Positions 31,709-43,760 of a DNA stretch of 64,000 bases are shown one piece after another. This stretch comes from an uncultured Planctomycetota bacterium (GTDB taxonomy: Bacteria > Planctomycetota > Planctomycetia > Pirellulales > Lacipirellulaceae), in the NCBI GenBank assembly GCA_963719315.1, contig CAVRBU010000002.1, forward strand, positions 1,248,001 through 1,312,000. The letters run 5' to 3'. Every line of letters starts with the position of its first letter. The stretch's first letter is position 1. A model generated the notes under the pieces. The model had not been told where the DNA came from, did no database searches, and saw only the letters and a program-made list of their open reading frames with translations. Made by a program: the position numbers and the translations under genes.

Positions 31709-33136
31709 TCATCCGGATAGAGAAAGGTTGTGCGACCTGCGGAGGTCGTCTTTGTTTTTAAGTACGACGCGTTGGAATTTTTCGTCGCCGTCTGGCATAA
31801 GCCGCTCGACAGCTTCTAACTTGACCTCGAGCATCCGATCGAGACCATATCGCCGAAGTTCTTGGTCCATGACGGCCCTGGCTCGCTCGCCATCGAGCTT
31901 CTGACCGGGAAGCGGCTCGAGCAAAATGTGAAACCGCCGATTCTCTTCTTGAATGATCTGGTACTCGCGCACCTCCAGCAAGCGCGTGAGCGTGTTCTGG
32001 AAAATCATAGGTTGAAGCAAATGAGTGCCGTGCTCCGTTTCAACTTCGAACATTTCCGAGGCACGACCCTCGATGCTTTCAATCAGTGGCAAATTACTGC
32101 CGCAATTACAGTGTTCAGCCGCCATCGTGACGATGTCGCCGATTTCATAGCGAATCAGCGGCTGCGCGTAATTGGCCAAATTCGTGACCAGCACCTTGGC
32201 CCCTTTTTGGCCGGCGGGAACTGGTCGATTCTGTTCATCCACAACTTCCATTATGGCCCAGTCGGCGTTGACGTGCATCCCGCCACCGTTCGGGCAGCAA
32301 TTGGTAAGAAATAAGCATTCGCCCATCGCGTAATTGTCGAGCACCGGCGCGCCGAACAACTTCGTGTAATGATTGCGGGCCTGCGGCATGATCCGTTCCG
32401 CGATGTTGACGACTTCTTGCAGCTCGGGCTGGAACGACAATCGCCCCGCTTCGATTTGACGCGCGAGTTCATGCAACATGCTTGAATAAGCCGTCAGGTG
32501 CGTCGGCCTGAATTCAGCGAGCCGCTCCAACAAATCTGCATCATTCCAACAATACACTTTTGCGTTCAAATAGCGCTTCGCGGCCTGAGGCAGGTAGCTA
32601 AACGCGCTCGCCGATGCATAAAATCCCGGCTTGAATATGATCACGGCCAGTCGCGCGGGCCGCAAAATATGTCTAAACGCTTCGCGCAATCCGATCGGCT
32701 TGTTATTGCCGCGAGATAAATGGAGCGCGAACAGCAGGTCGATATGTTCCTTTGTCTGCACGAGGAGCAGGGGCTGCCCTTGGCTTCCAGAAGTGCGGCT
32801 TACCGCATATTTGCCGCGGAAGAATTTTCCAACGTTGGACACGTCCTCCATAAAGCTGGCGAGCTCGTCGCGCCGCACGTCGTCGACGGTCACGGCCTCG
32901 TCGAAGTGTTCCATCAATTCCGACTTATGGCACGTCGGCAGATCGCTCAATGCAAACGAGTTTTCCCGAATCCCTGAGAGCTTGTCGCGCCAGAACTCAG
33001 AATGCGTTCGGGCATGCGCAATGAGTTGTTCCAATCGCTTGCGACTGAGTCGTTGGATCTGTTCGATTGGCTTACTTGCGCCAAGCTTGAGCTGATACGT
33101 CTGCCTGCTAAACCTTATCGTTTCGCGGAAGCCCAT
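31709..33136 (-). CDS. Phenylacetate-CoA ligase (PaaK/F390 synthetase)-like adenylate-forming protein
   Basis: RTSGSQG, NYAMGE, VTNLANYAQPLIRYEIGD, EGR; strong RBS. Confidence 0.88.
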   Translation of the reverse strand: MGFRETIRFSRQTYQLKLGASKPIEQIQRLSRKRLEQLIAHARTHSEFWRDKLSGIRENSFALSDLPTCHKSELMEHFDEAVTVDDVRRDELASFMEDVSNVGKFFRGKYAVSRTSGSQGQPLLLVQTKEHIDLLFALHLSRGNNKPIGLREAFRHILRPARLAVIIFKPGFYASASAFSYLPQAAKRYLNAKVYCWNDADLLERLAEFRPTHLTAYSSMLHELARQIEAGRLSFQPELQEVVNIAERIMPQARNHYTKLFGAPVLDNYAMGECLFLTNCCPNGGGMHVNADWAIMEVVDEQNRPVPAGQKGAKVLVTNLANYAQPLIRYEIGDIVTMAAEHCNCGSNLPLIESIEGRASEMFEVETEHGTHLLQPMIFQNTLTRLLEVREYQIIQEENRRFHILLEPLPGQKLDGERARAVMDQELRRYGLDRMLEVKLEAVERLMPDGDEKFQRVVLKNKDDLRRSHNLSLSG

Positions 33137-33710
33137 AGATGTCCCTCCCTTGTGCCTAGAACGCCTCATCCAAGCGGCTTATTGGGAATAACGCATCCAC
33201 AGAGCATTTATCGTACCGCAACCCGGACGAAAATCAAGAGATTTCAAATGAACGCCGCAATCGACTTTGCCGCACGCGTGTGCTGGAAAAACCCGACACG
33301 GGACCGTATTTCGGTCGGAGCGAACCCCCTCGAATGCGGTGTCCGCCGCCGGTGCGGTCGAGGTTTGCGAAGCATCTGCGACGAGCGGGCTCCTGCATTT
33401 GCTCGCAATAATCAGGCCAAAGCCGGCCCCGAAAATCTAATGCCGCTGCGAGAATTCAGAGCGTTGCGAGTGCCTGAGCGGTTGTGAGTCACGATGGCAG
33501 AACGATACGCACCCATTAATCACCGGTCTCGCTGAATTACGTGAATCGATAGCAACCGCCGCGCCCTCACTGTGATGTCGCCACGACGGTTCTTTCACCG
33601 TTCATCAGCCGCAACGGCACGCGCAGCACACAAAGCTCCATTCGTCCTGGGCGGCGGAATCGGTTTTCCCTCAGCATTCGGCGAAGGTCATTCAGTACTT
33701 CCTTGAAGGC

Positions 33711-35495
33711 TTAGCGATCGGCTCGTTCTCTGATTACGTCGTGGCTCAGTAGCCGCAGCAGGCCGCGCCGCCGGACGACGCCGACATAATGATGCGGCGG
33801 CTCCGTGGTGACAACGGGAATGCAGTCATCTCGGCCGTCTTTGAGCAAGCGCCACGCTTCGTCCACCGTATCATCTTGCTTGAGCACTTTCTTGGCCGGC
33901 ACGGCCAAGTCCTCCGCGGTCACGAGCGTATACAGCGCCGGTTCGAAGATGACATCGCGCACGTCGGGATAACGTAAGACGCCAATCAATAGATTGGCGT
34001 CCGTGACGACCGGGTACGTGTTGTCGTGGCTGTGCTCGATGTGGACCAGAACCTGGTCGAACGGGGTATTAGCCAAGAGTGGCTTGACGTTTCGGCTCGT
34101 TACTCGGTTGACATCCAACTGATCGGCGGAGTTGCCATTCAATGGGTTGATTCCGAATGACTGCAAGATTCTGAACTTCATGCTGCGGAATTGCTCGACT
34201 GGCGAACTGGCAGAGTGAAAGATTGCCGTGGCCACTGGAACTTCTCCCGCCCGGAGGACTGCGGTTCGAACCAGGATCGGCCCCACAATTTCGAAGAATA
34301 CCACGGTGCCCAAGATGATGTGCTGCAACTGCTCGCCGAGGGCTTTGTCGCGATCCGCGGCAATGGCTGAAAGCGCGATGGCAGCCCCGGCTTGGGAAAG
34401 CAATGCCGACCCCAACCAGCGCTTGACGTGCGGACCATCGCGATGGGCGTCGGCCGTAAAATAAACGCCGAAATACTTTCCGGCGCAGCGCACCGCAATG
34501 TACGCCACGCCTACCGCGCCGGCGGCCCACAGCTTGCCGAGATCCATGGCCGCCCCGTGGATGACAAAGAACACCACACATAACAGACCCGTGAGTCGAT
34601 CCAGCGTCTCGCAAATTTCGTCGGCCAAATCGGACGTCGAAGCCACCGTGATTCCCATTATCAAGAAAGTCAGCAGGTACGGAACGTGTAGTAACTCGCA
34701 CGCGGCCATCAGGGGAGCAATCACTGCCGTCAATAAGACGAGCCATCTCGTGGCTGGCACGATTCCGCAGAAGAAGCTGACCGCCAGGCCGGCCAACAAT
34801 CCGAGCATACTTGCCGCAATAAGATTTCGCGTCAAATCGAGGTACTCCGCGCCGATGGAGCCGATGGAAGCGTCCCCGCCGCGCGTCGCGTGAATGACGA
34901 CAAACAACAATTCGAATACAACGATCGATGCCAAGTTGTTCAGCGCCACTAAGCCGGTCGTGAACTCGGTAAGCGGACCTTCGCTGCGGCTTTCCTTTAA
35001 TACCAGTACGGTGGTCGCGGGGGCCGTTGCCAAGGCCAACGCTCCGAACAGCACGGCCGTCTGCCAGTTCAACCCCGTATCGCCCCACAACGCACCAAGA
35101 AGCCACAGACCGCCAGTTACCAACACCATCGTAGTGATCAATTCCCCCAGCGAGATCGGCAGCAAACGTTTGACGATCCGCCGAAAGCTCGATATCGGCA
35201 AGCGACAACCGATGTTGAACAACACCAGGGCAATCGCGAACTTGCCGACCGGTTCGAGAAGTGCCAAGTGTTCTTCAGAGAGGTGGTTGCCGGCGAGCGA
35301 GATCGAATAGCCGAATTGCCCGGCGGCCCTCTCGATTAGCTTCAATAGCGGCGTGTGTGGACCCATGGCGAGACCCACGAGGAGGTACGCCGTCACGCTC
35401 GGCAGATGCAGCAGCCGCGCCAACTGCCCGGCGAGCAAGGCAGCCCCCAAAAGCATTCCAACGGTCAGGGCAAGATACCAATCGGGTTGATCCAA
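33711..35495 (-). CDS. Cation:proton antiporter with C-terminal CBS pair
   Basis: ATAPATT, QAGAAIAL, FFEIVGP; CBS-like C-terminus. Confidence 0.88.
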   Translation of the reverse strand: MDQPDWYLALTVGMLLGAALLAGQLARLLHLPSVTAYLLVGLAMGPHTPLLKLIERAAGQFGYSISLAGNHLSEEHLALLEPVGKFAIALVLFNIGCRLPISSFRRIVKRLLPISLGELITTMVLVTGGLWLLGALWGDTGLNWQTAVLFGALALATAPATTVLVLKESRSEGPLTEFTTGLVALNNLASIVVFELLFVVIHATRGGDASIGSIGAEYLDLTRNLIAASMLGLLAGLAVSFFCGIVPATRWLVLLTAVIAPLMAACELLHVPYLLTFLIMGITVASTSDLADEICETLDRLTGLLCVVFFVIHGAAMDLGKLWAAGAVGVAYIAVRCAGKYFGVYFTADAHRDGPHVKRWLGSALLSQAGAAIALSAIAADRDKALGEQLQHIILGTVVFFEIVGPILVRTAVLRAGEVPVATAIFHSASSPVEQFRSMKFRILQSFGINPLNGNSADQLDVNRVTSRNVKPLLANTPFDQVLVHIEHSHDNTYPVVTDANLLIGVLRYPDVRDVIFEPALYTLVTAEDLAVPAKKVLKQDDTVDEAWRLLKDGRDDCIPVVTTEPPHHYVGVVRRRGLLRLLSHDVIRERADR

Positions 35496-36225
35496 AATGG
35501 CGACCGTCCTAGCGCGGGTTACAAAGGGGAAGAGCGGTCCTACGAAACTCGAATTCGAGCCTGCGGGGCAGTCTATCCTAGATATCGCTCGAACACACCC
35601 AGACTTCTGCTACCGCTGCCAGTTTGCTCGTTTGAGCTCCATGCTGACAATCGCTTCGATCGGCTTTCGCGCCTGATCCGCCAACCCCAATTAGCCCAGC
35701 CATCCGCTGGGCCACAACTCGGCATGCAGATGAATTGGCGATTTCCTGTAGCCTCGATTCTCACTCGGCCAATTGGTTGTCCCGGCAGAACCAACCAGTG
35801 CGACGCCAGGACCGAGCGGCGAGTATCGACAAGACTCATCAACGCGTCGTAGCATGAACTGACCACTTCGCCCTTCATGCCATGAACAAACAGGCCTAGC
35901 CATTTTGGTTCGGTTACGAACGGAATTCCACCTTGCCCGGTAGTGTCGGAGCCGTTGCCCCGTGAGATACCCAAAGCCAAAGCCTGGCGACACCATCAAG
36001 CTCCGGATTCGACGTTTGATGGCACTTTGATAGGTAACGTGAGTATAGACGCACCGCCGGCCGAAGGATCGTGGGCACGAGGAGTTGCGGCGCCGAGTGC
36101 TGCCAAACGAACGTTTTAGAAACGCGATTTCCGCGATATTCAACGTTTGCAGTAGCTGTCAACGCGACTGCCCGAGCGAACGCTATAATCTAACGATGAT
36201 GCCGGAGGTTCCAAAAGCGCTGCTC

Positions 36226-36804
36226 ATGACTGATGTCACGCGAATCATAGCTGAGATTGAACACGGCGACTCCGGAGCGGCCGAGCGGCTTCTACCACTC
36301 GTGTACAATGAGCTTCGTCAGCTCGCTGCTGCGAAACTGGCACAGGAAAAGCCCGGGCAGACGCTGCAGGCGACCGCCTTGGTACACGACGCCTATTTGC
36401 GGCTGATCGGACCTGTCGACCGTGAGCCACAGCACTGGCAAAGCCGGAGCCATTTCTTCGCAGCGGCGGCTGAGGCGATGCGGCGGATCCTTGTGGAGCA
36501 GGCGCGGCAAAAGGGCCGGCTCCGGCACGGCGGCGGGCGGCAGCGGGTCGATCTTGATTCGGCTTGCGCGGTTTCCGGGCCGCCATCAATCGATTTACTC
36601 GCGCTCGATGAGGCTCTTGCAAAACTGGCGACCAATCAGCCGGCCAAGGCGGACCTGGTGAAATTGCGTTTCTTTGCAGGAATGACGATGCCCGAAGCCG
36701 CGGCGGCATTGGGTATTTCTCTCGCGACTGCCGAGCGAAATTGGACGTTTGCTCGAAACTGGCTGTACGCCCAAATGGCGGAGAGCCGGCTGCACTCACC
36801 TTAA
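36226..36804 (+). CDS. ECF sigma factor, TIGR02999/ECF43-like
   Basis: LLPLVYNELRQLA...TLQATALVHDAYLRL...HFFAAAAEAMRRILV...AERNWTFARNWL. Confidence 0.95.
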   Translation: MTDVTRIIAEIEHGDSGAAERLLPLVYNELRQLAAAKLAQEKPGQTLQATALVHDAYLRLIGPVDREPQHWQSRSHFFAAAAEAMRRILVEQARQKGRLRHGGGRQRVDLDSACAVSGPPSIDLLALDEALAKLATNQPAKADLVKLRFFAGMTMPEAAAALGISLATAERNWTFARNWLYAQMAESRLHSP

Positions 36805-36819
36805 GAATCCGAGTTTCTA

Positions 36820-36850
36820 TGAGGGGTTCACAGGCGAAACGTCGCATTAC
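36820..36850 (+). promoter_or_regulatory. Putative ECF promoter upstream of the kinase
   Basis: TGAGGGGTTCACAGGCGAAACGTCGCATTAC; 29/31 identical to 40673-40703. Confidence 0.7.
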
Positions 36851-36868
36851 TAGCAGAGAAAGCCTGCT

Positions 36869-39800
36869 ATGAATAATTCCTTACGCCTCGAATCCCTCTT
36901 TTTCGCCGCGTTGGAGAAACAATCTCCCGCCGAGCGATCGGCCTTTCTGAACGACGCGTGCGCGGAGGACAACGAGTTGCGGGCGAGCGTCGAGCAGATG
37001 TTCGCAGCGCAGGCTGTGGCGGGCAGCTTTCTCGAGCAACCCGCGATTATCGGCGATGGCACCGTTGTCCATCAGCCGGCCATCAGCGATCGTCCGGGCA
37101 CCGTGATCGGCCCTTACAAGCTGCTGCAACAGATCGGTGAAGGGGGTATGGGCGTGGTGTTCATGGCCGAGCAGACGGAGCCGGTTAAGCGCACGGTGGC
37201 GCTCAAGATCATCAAACCCGGCATGGACACCCGCCAAGTCATCGCCCGCTTCGAGGCCGAGCGGCAGGCCGTGGCGATGATGGACCATCCGAATATCGCC
37301 AAGGTGCTCGATGCCGGGACGACCGACAGCGGCCGGCCCTACTTCGTTATGGAGCTGGTTAAGGGCGTGCCGATCACAAAATACTGTGATGATAAACGCC
37401 TTCCGCTCCGCGCGGCTGGAGCTCATCCTGCCGGTCTGCCAAGCGGTACAACACGCCCATCAGAAGGGTCTCATCCATCGAGACATCAAACCCTCAAACG
37501 TTCTTGTGGCCGAGTATGACGACCAGGCCGTACCGAAAGTGATCGATTTTGGTGTTGCGAAGGCCACGGCGCAGAAGCTAACCGACCGAACGATGTTCAC
37601 GGAGTTTGGCCAGGTAATCGGGACGCTAGAGTACATGAGTCCCGAGCAAGCTAAGCTCAATCAGCTCGATATCGATACCCGAAGCGACATCTATTCCCTC
37701 GGCGTCCTACTGTATGAGTTGATCTCTGGTTCAACGCCTTTCGCGCGGAAGCGACTACACGAAGCGGCGCTCGATGAAGTGCTGCGGATCATTCGTGACG
37801 AAGAACCTCCCATGCCGAGCACGCGGCTGAGTACGTCCGGCCATCTGGCAGAGCTTGCGGCCAACCGTCGTTCCGAGCCAAAGAAATTAACCGGACAGGT
37901 TAAGGGAGATCTTGATTGGGTCGTCATGAAGGCCCTGGAGAAGAACCGCAATCGCCGTTACGTAACGGCGGCCGGATTGGCAGAGGACTTGCAGCACTAT
38001 TTGCTGGACGAGCCCGTGTCAGCCAGCCCTCCGACGGCACTCTATCGATTGCGAAAGTTTGCTAAGCGCAATCGCAACTTGCTCGCCGCAGCGTTACTAG
38101 CCGGTGTGGCGGTGCTCGTTGCGCTGGGCGGGATTGCGGTCACCATCGGATGGGCGGTCCGTGACCGCGCTGCCCGCGCGGATGCAACGGCCAGGGACAA
38201 GTCGCATCGGCAGGATCGTGCGTCTACTCAACTCTCAACGATCCTTCGCGAGGTCGAGCGTCTAGAACAATTTGAGAAATGGAACGATGCCTTGACGACT
38301 GCACGGCGCGTAGGGCCCGTGCTCGCCACGGGCGACGCTTCCCCCGTAATGGTGAGCAAGGCGAACGACGCTTTGGCGAACCTGGAATTCGTTCAAAAGC
38401 TTGAAGAAATTCGAGCGCGGACCGCAACTGTCTGGGGACATGAATCAACCTTAGGCTTCGACTCGTCCACCGATGTCTTGTATGCCGAAGCCGAGAAAGA
38501 CTACCGGGAGGCGTTTCGCAAGATTGGAGCCGATGTTGATCGACTAGCGCAAGCGGAGGCCGCCAAGCGAATATTGGGCCGTCGGGAAGTTGCTTCCGCA
38601 ACAGTGCCCGCGATGGATGATTGGGTTGCGGTCCGTTCTACGCTAGGAGATAGCGACGCGACGAAGCGACTGACCGCCATTCTCAGGATTGCCGACCCTG
38701 ACCCGTGGAGGAAGGATGTTCGCGAGGCATTGGTCCGCAAAGATTGGGCTAAACTTGAAAAGCTCGCGGCCTCAGATGGTGTCGATCGACAGCCCGCGTC
38801 GACCTTGTGCGCGTTGTCAGCGGCGCTTCAAGCGGGCACTCATTTTGGGAATAGCGCGAATATCGATCTGCTCCGACGCGCTCAAGCCAAGTATCCGGCC
38901 GATTACTGGATCAATCACCGGTTGGGGGCGTGCCTCGTAAGTGTCTTATACCGTAAGGATCTTACAGCCGAAGGCATCGGCTTTCTTCAAGCAGCCAGGG
39001 CTCTGCGGCCGCAAGAAGAGCGTGTCTTATTAAGTCTTGCTGGCGCCTATGCGCTGCATGGGCGTGACGCCCAGGCCCTTGTGCACTATCGGCAAGCTAT
39101 CGCCCTTGCGCCCAACGATCCAGATGCGAGGTTCATGCTGGGATGCTCTCTTCTTAAGTTAGATCGCTGCAGAGAGTCGATTCCGGAATATGAGGAAGCA
39201 CTTCGTCTGAGTCCGAATGCGATTGACGCAATGAACGAGCTTGCGATCGTTCTGCTTTATGCTTCCGAACCGCAACTTCGCGATCCGTCTCGCGCGATGG
39301 CCCTTGCCCGCCGATCAGTCGAGATTGATCCGAAATACAGCTATTCTTGGACCGCGCTGGCGCGGCTCTATATGTGGATGGGAAATGGCAAGCCACCATC
39401 GACGCGTGTCGCCGCTCACGTGAAGTTCGTCACCTCATAAAATGGGCGGGCTGGCATCCGGCCATTAATGAGCTCCTATTGGCAATGTCTAGTTGCCGAC
39501 TTGAACAGCAAGATGAAGCACGACGCTGGCTGGATGACGCCCGCGACCAGTTCAAAGATTGGCCAGTCAACAGCGAAATCGTCGTCCGCATGTACGCCGA
39601 TGCAGAAATGTTGATTGAAAAGAAAGTCTCTGGCTCGGCTATGAGCCATGCGCAGCACGGACGTTGGGAGTTGGCAGCTTCGGCGTTCCTTCGCGAAGGT
39701 GAGCTCGAACCTTCGGATACCATGCCGTGGCTGCGAGCCGCAAGCCTCCAGCTTTATTTGGGGAATGAGGGGGCTTATCGCGACAGTTGTCGCAAACTCA

Positions 39801-40357
39801 TGCAATTGTATCCCACACACAGAACCGAGGGACTTCAAGCCCGAGAGCCCGATAATGAGGCTTTCACGGCCGAACGGATCGCTAAAGTATGTTCCTTGGC
39901 GCCAGGGGCCGTCGAGGACTTCGCCGTCGTCGAGCAGCTAATCGCTCAACCTAAACCGCTTAAGTCTACTGATGATTGGTTCGCCGAATGGTTCGCATTG
40001 GCTAAAGGCCTCGTCGAGTACCGCGCTGGACATCAAGAGGCAGCGCTCGAATGGCTGAAGCGGTCGAAACCCGCATCACTCGGTGTTGCAGGTGAGCCTT
40101 CCCTATCCGCCCGCTACGCAGCTGCATTTGCAGGGATGGCGCTGGCTGAGCACAAGCTGGGGCATATCGACGATGCGCGGCGTCTTTTGTCAACTGCGCA
40201 GAATTTGGCGAACACCTTGAAGCCAGATTTCGCCGCACATCCGGATGCGAACGGCGACGCTGAATGGGCTTGGTACAACTGGGTTCACGCCCTGATTCTT
40301 ATTCGCGAGGCTGAGCACGAGCTTGCTCTTCCGGCATCCAGCGCAACAGCCCATTGA
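36869..40357 (+). CDS. Ser/Thr protein kinase with TPR repeats (frameshifts at ~37410 and ~39360)
   Basis: [42 protein letters not shown]-rich C-terminus spread over three ORFs. Confidence 0.92.
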
Positions 40358-40672
40358 TGACGAGGTCATCTTAGCGGCTTGCAAACAGGGCGCTGCCCTC
40401 ACATCGGATTGTTGCATCGATTGTCGGCGCGATTTACATCCTTCATCAATGCGCTGAGTTCGCTCTAGTAGGCATGCGGCTAACGTGAGTCTTTGGCTCC
40501 GTGCCCGCTCCGCTAGGTCCAACGAAACTCACTTCTTTCGCAGACGTGCGGATGTCAGAGGCAGCGCCCGCGGTGGCATTAGCGGGCTGAGTTGCACTTA
40601 ACGCACGATGGCACACTCCTAATCGCCCGAAATTGCTTACTATGGCCAAACTAATCGTAATCTCAATTTATC

Positions 40673-40703
40673 TGAGGGGTTCTCAGGCCAAACGTCGCAT
40701 TAC
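40673..40703 (+). promoter_or_regulatory. Putative ECF promoter upstream of the PEP-CTERM array
   Basis: TGAGGGGTTCTCAGGCCAAACGTCGCATTAC. Confidence 0.7.
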
Positions 40704-40785
40704 CTATAGCGAATATCTGCCCTGAACACCCAACGCCATATGGCTGTTGTCGACCAACCCCAACGCTTCCCGGGCGAGAACTCAT

Positions 40786-41973
40786 ATGAAATTCCAATTT
40801 GGTGAACGAATCGTTACAGCGCGGGTTTCACGCGCACGGTCGCTGATCTTCCGTTTCGTGTCCGTGCTTTGTTTGACCGTTTCGCTCGCGCGGGCAGACA
40901 TCCTTTACGTCGGCAGCGAGAGTGTCGGCCGCGACGTAAATAGGGTTAACTCTGCAGGTACGGTAAGTGTCTTTGCAAATCTGCCGGCGGGAGCGTTTTA
41001 TCCTCAAGGAGTGGCGTTTGATGTTGGCGGCAATTTATTTGCAGCGGTCGATAACACCGACCAGATATTCAAGATTTCACCCTCCGGCACGGTGAGTCTG
41101 TTTAAGACGCTGCCCAGCGGTTCGTTTCCTCTCGGTCTGGCTTTTGATGGCACCGGCGACCTCTATGTGGCGAACAATGGTGCCGACCAGATCAACAAGA
41201 TTACACCCGCCGGCACGTTAAGCCTGTTTGCGACTCTGCCAGTTGGATCAGGCTCTGAAGGACTCGCCTTTGACAGCAACGGAAACCTCTATACAGCGGA
41301 CGGTAATACCGATCAGATCCGCAAGATCACGCCGTCTGGCACGGTAAGTCTCTTTGCAACGTTGCCAGCCGGTTCTGGCCCCCTCGGTCTGGCATTTGAT
41401 GGCATCGGCAATCTCTACGCGGCAGATTTGATCACCGACCAGATCAGCAAAATCACTCCGGGCGGCGCAGTGAGCCTGTTTGCCACATTGCCGCTCAATT
41501 CGCAGCCAATTGGTCTGGCCTTTGATACCAGCGGCAACCTCTGCTCGGCAGGTGTGTCCGGCCAGATGTACAAGATCACGTCCTCCGGCGCAGTGAGTCC
41601 GTTCACGAGCGCCGCCAATACTTTGACGTACATTGCCGCGACCGACGATGCAGGCCATCCGCTCGCTGTGCCGCCAGCTACCCTTCTCGGTGACTACAAC
41701 CGCAACGGGGTCGTCGACGCCGCCGACTACGTTGTGTGGCGCGATAGCTTGGGACCAGTTTACAACCAGGTCGATTATCAAATCTGGAGATCCCACTTTG
41801 GCGAAACGCGCACGGCCGGCTTGGTCTCCGGCAGTATCAATGCCGTTCCCGAGCCGGGGACGATGGCGCTATTCCTGATGGCTTTTGCGATCGCCGGCGC
41901 GATTAAACATCGCACCAAATTATTTCGTAGGGTCCTAGCCCTGCGTCAATCAACTTATTTTGTCAGTGAGTGA
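40786..41973 (+). CDS. NHL-repeat beta-propeller protein with dockerin-like module and PEP-CTERM
   Basis: About six 42-aa repeats (P.GLAFD..GNLY.A....DQI.KITP.G.VSLFATLP); GDYNRNGVVDAADYVVWR; VPEP-TM-basic tail. Confidence 0.9.
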   Translation: MKFQFGERIVTARVSRARSLIFRFVSVLCLTVSLARADILYVGSESVGRDVNRVNSAGTVSVFANLPAGAFYPQGVAFDVGGNLFAAVDNTDQIFKISPSGTVSLFKTLPSGSFPLGLAFDGTGDLYVANNGADQINKITPAGTLSLFATLPVGSGSEGLAFDSNGNLYTADGNTDQIRKITPSGTVSLFATLPAGSGPLGLAFDGIGNLYAADLITDQISKITPGGAVSLFATLPLNSQPIGLAFDTSGNLCSAGVSGQMYKITSSGAVSPFTSAANTLTYIAATDDAGHPLAVPPATLLGDYNRNGVVDAADYVVWRDSLGPVYNQVDYQIWRSHFGETRTAGLVSGSINAVPEPGTMALFLMAFAIAGAIKHRTKLFRRVLALRQSTYFVSE

Positions 41974-41976
41974 GTA

Positions 41977-43722
41977 ATGAGTTTTCGCCTAAATGCGATC
42001 ATAGTCGCTACCGTTGCGGTTGTTGCTCTGGCAGGCATTTGCGAGGCCCAGCCGATCGTATTCAACTTTGACGACATCGCCAATACGGGCAGCGGTTCGT
42101 TCTTGGGCGGACAACTATTTGGCTCGCCCGTCATTGTCGAAGGGGCGTCGGAGGTGGCGTTTTCCGGACAGAGCATCCAACGCGCGACCGGCATCTTTAT
42201 CGGCAATGCCAGCAGCGCAACTCTGCTGAACCAGGATCCGGCCAGCCAGCCTACCCGGCAGGTCCTTGAGGTCAGTCCCAGCCTCGGTGCCATTGCTGTC
42301 GACTTCACCGGCGCATTGTACAAGACCTCGGTGGCCGCGACCAATCAGGCGCGCACGACATTTCCCGATTACTTCAACCGCGGAATCAATGCAGCGATCG
42401 ATAGCAGCGGGAACGTGGTGTATGTCAACAACCAGAATATCCAGTCGATCATCGGCGTTCCGCCAGGCGGACCCCCAGTGACCGTCGCCGCCCCGTTTTT
42501 CGAAGAGGTTCCGACAAACGGTTACATCGGCCCGAAGATCGCCGAAAAGGGCAACCAGGTGTTTGGGCCGAGCATGATTTTCAGCGAGAGTTTTGCCTCC
42601 CTTTTTAGCTTTTCTGACGCGATGACACTCGATAATCCTCTCACCATTCCGGGCAATTACAAATTGGTCAATCTTCAAATAGGCGACTTGGCCCTGGCAC
42701 AGCCTCCCACCACCTATTTGACGGATATTAGCGGTTCGGGGCAGTTCGTGACGCGCACGTTCGTGCCCGACTCATTCATTAACGGCCATAACTCGCCGAA
42801 CGGGCAGATTGTGGTGACCACGGCGCAGGACTGGATCGTGGTGCTGCCAGAAACGCCGCTGCCGAGCAAGACATTATTCATGCTAGCCAACTCAAACAAC
42901 GGCCAGTCACCGATCGCGCCGGCAGTTGCGATCGCCAAGGGCAGCACCGCCTATGCGTTTTCAGCGGGGTCCAGCATCTATGAGGGCTACGTCGATGGTC
43001 CGGCGCCAAAGAGGGTCGTAACCATTGGAGACATAATACACGGCAAAGTGATCACCAGTATTCAAGTCGCCGAGAAGAATTTTATTGGCGATCAAGGCTA
43101 TGTCGCCTTCAAGGCCGGGTTTTCTGATGGGACCTCGGCGATCTTAGGGGCCACGCCAACACCAGGGACGCTTCCATTCAACCCGCTCAAATCGAGTGCG
43201 AACTGCCTCTCATGTATTTTTACCGCGCCGACCGACCAAGAGGACGGATTTGGCATGGACATCGAAAAACCACTTTACATCAAAATCAACCCGCACGGTC
43301 CGATGGCTATCACCGTGCCCGACGGCCAGCTCTTCACGAGCCTTCTGTTGGCGAACTTCACGACCGACGATCACGGCCAAACTCCGAAATCCTTCATGCT
43401 TCATCTCGGCGCCTTTTCCACCAAGATTTTCGCTAACGAGACAATCATGTTGAATTCATCTCTGTTTGGCGGCAATTCCGACTCCTCCTTTCCGTTCAAT
43501 GAGTTCGGAGTGCAAAGCTTTCTGCTTGACGATTTCACGGGGTTCCCCGACGATAATGTGATCCTTGGGCTGACCTTCTACTCGTCACCCGAGGGGCTGG
43601 ACATTCTGGTTCAGAACGTGCCAGAGCCGGCGTGCCCGATGCTACTAATGTGGGGAACATTATGCGTATTTCGTCGGCGCTGCCGAAACGCCAGGCACGT
43701 CTCAAAACGCACGAACGGGTGA
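41977..43722 (+). CDS. PEP-CTERM surface protein of unknown function
   Basis: Signal peptide; NVPEPACPMLLMWGTLCVFRRR. Confidence 0.85.
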   Translation: MSFRLNAIIVATVAVVALAGICEAQPIVFNFDDIANTGSGSFLGGQLFGSPVIVEGASEVAFSGQSIQRATGIFIGNASSATLLNQDPASQPTRQVLEVSPSLGAIAVDFTGALYKTSVAATNQARTTFPDYFNRGINAAIDSSGNVVYVNNQNIQSIIGVPPGGPPVTVAAPFFEEVPTNGYIGPKIAEKGNQVFGPSMIFSESFASLFSFSDAMTLDNPLTIPGNYKLVNLQIGDLALAQPPTTYLTDISGSGQFVTRTFVPDSFINGHNSPNGQIVVTTAQDWIVVLPETPLPSKTLFMLANSNNGQSPIAPAVAIAKGSTAYAFSAGSSIYEGYVDGPAPKRVVTIGDIIHGKVITSIQVAEKNFIGDQGYVAFKAGFSDGTSAILGATPTPGTLPFNPLKSSANCLSCIFTAPTDQEDGFGMDIEKPLYIKINPHGPMAITVPDGQLFTSLLLANFTTDDHGQTPKSFMLHLGAFSTKIFANETIMLNSSLFGGNSDSSFPFNEFGVQSFLLDDFTGFPDDNVILGLTFYSSPEGLDILVQNVPEPACPMLLMWGTLCVFRRRCRNARHVSKRTNG

Positions 43723-43760
43723 CACTAACAACGAACCAACATTTCTTGAAAGAAACGCTA

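Noticed and set aside
35500..36200. Second riboswitch or gene upstream of the antiporter
   Set aside because: No ydaO hallmarks and no credible coding signal.
40950..41600. Non-coding tandem repeat array
   Set aside because: The 126-bp units are in-frame NHL blades.
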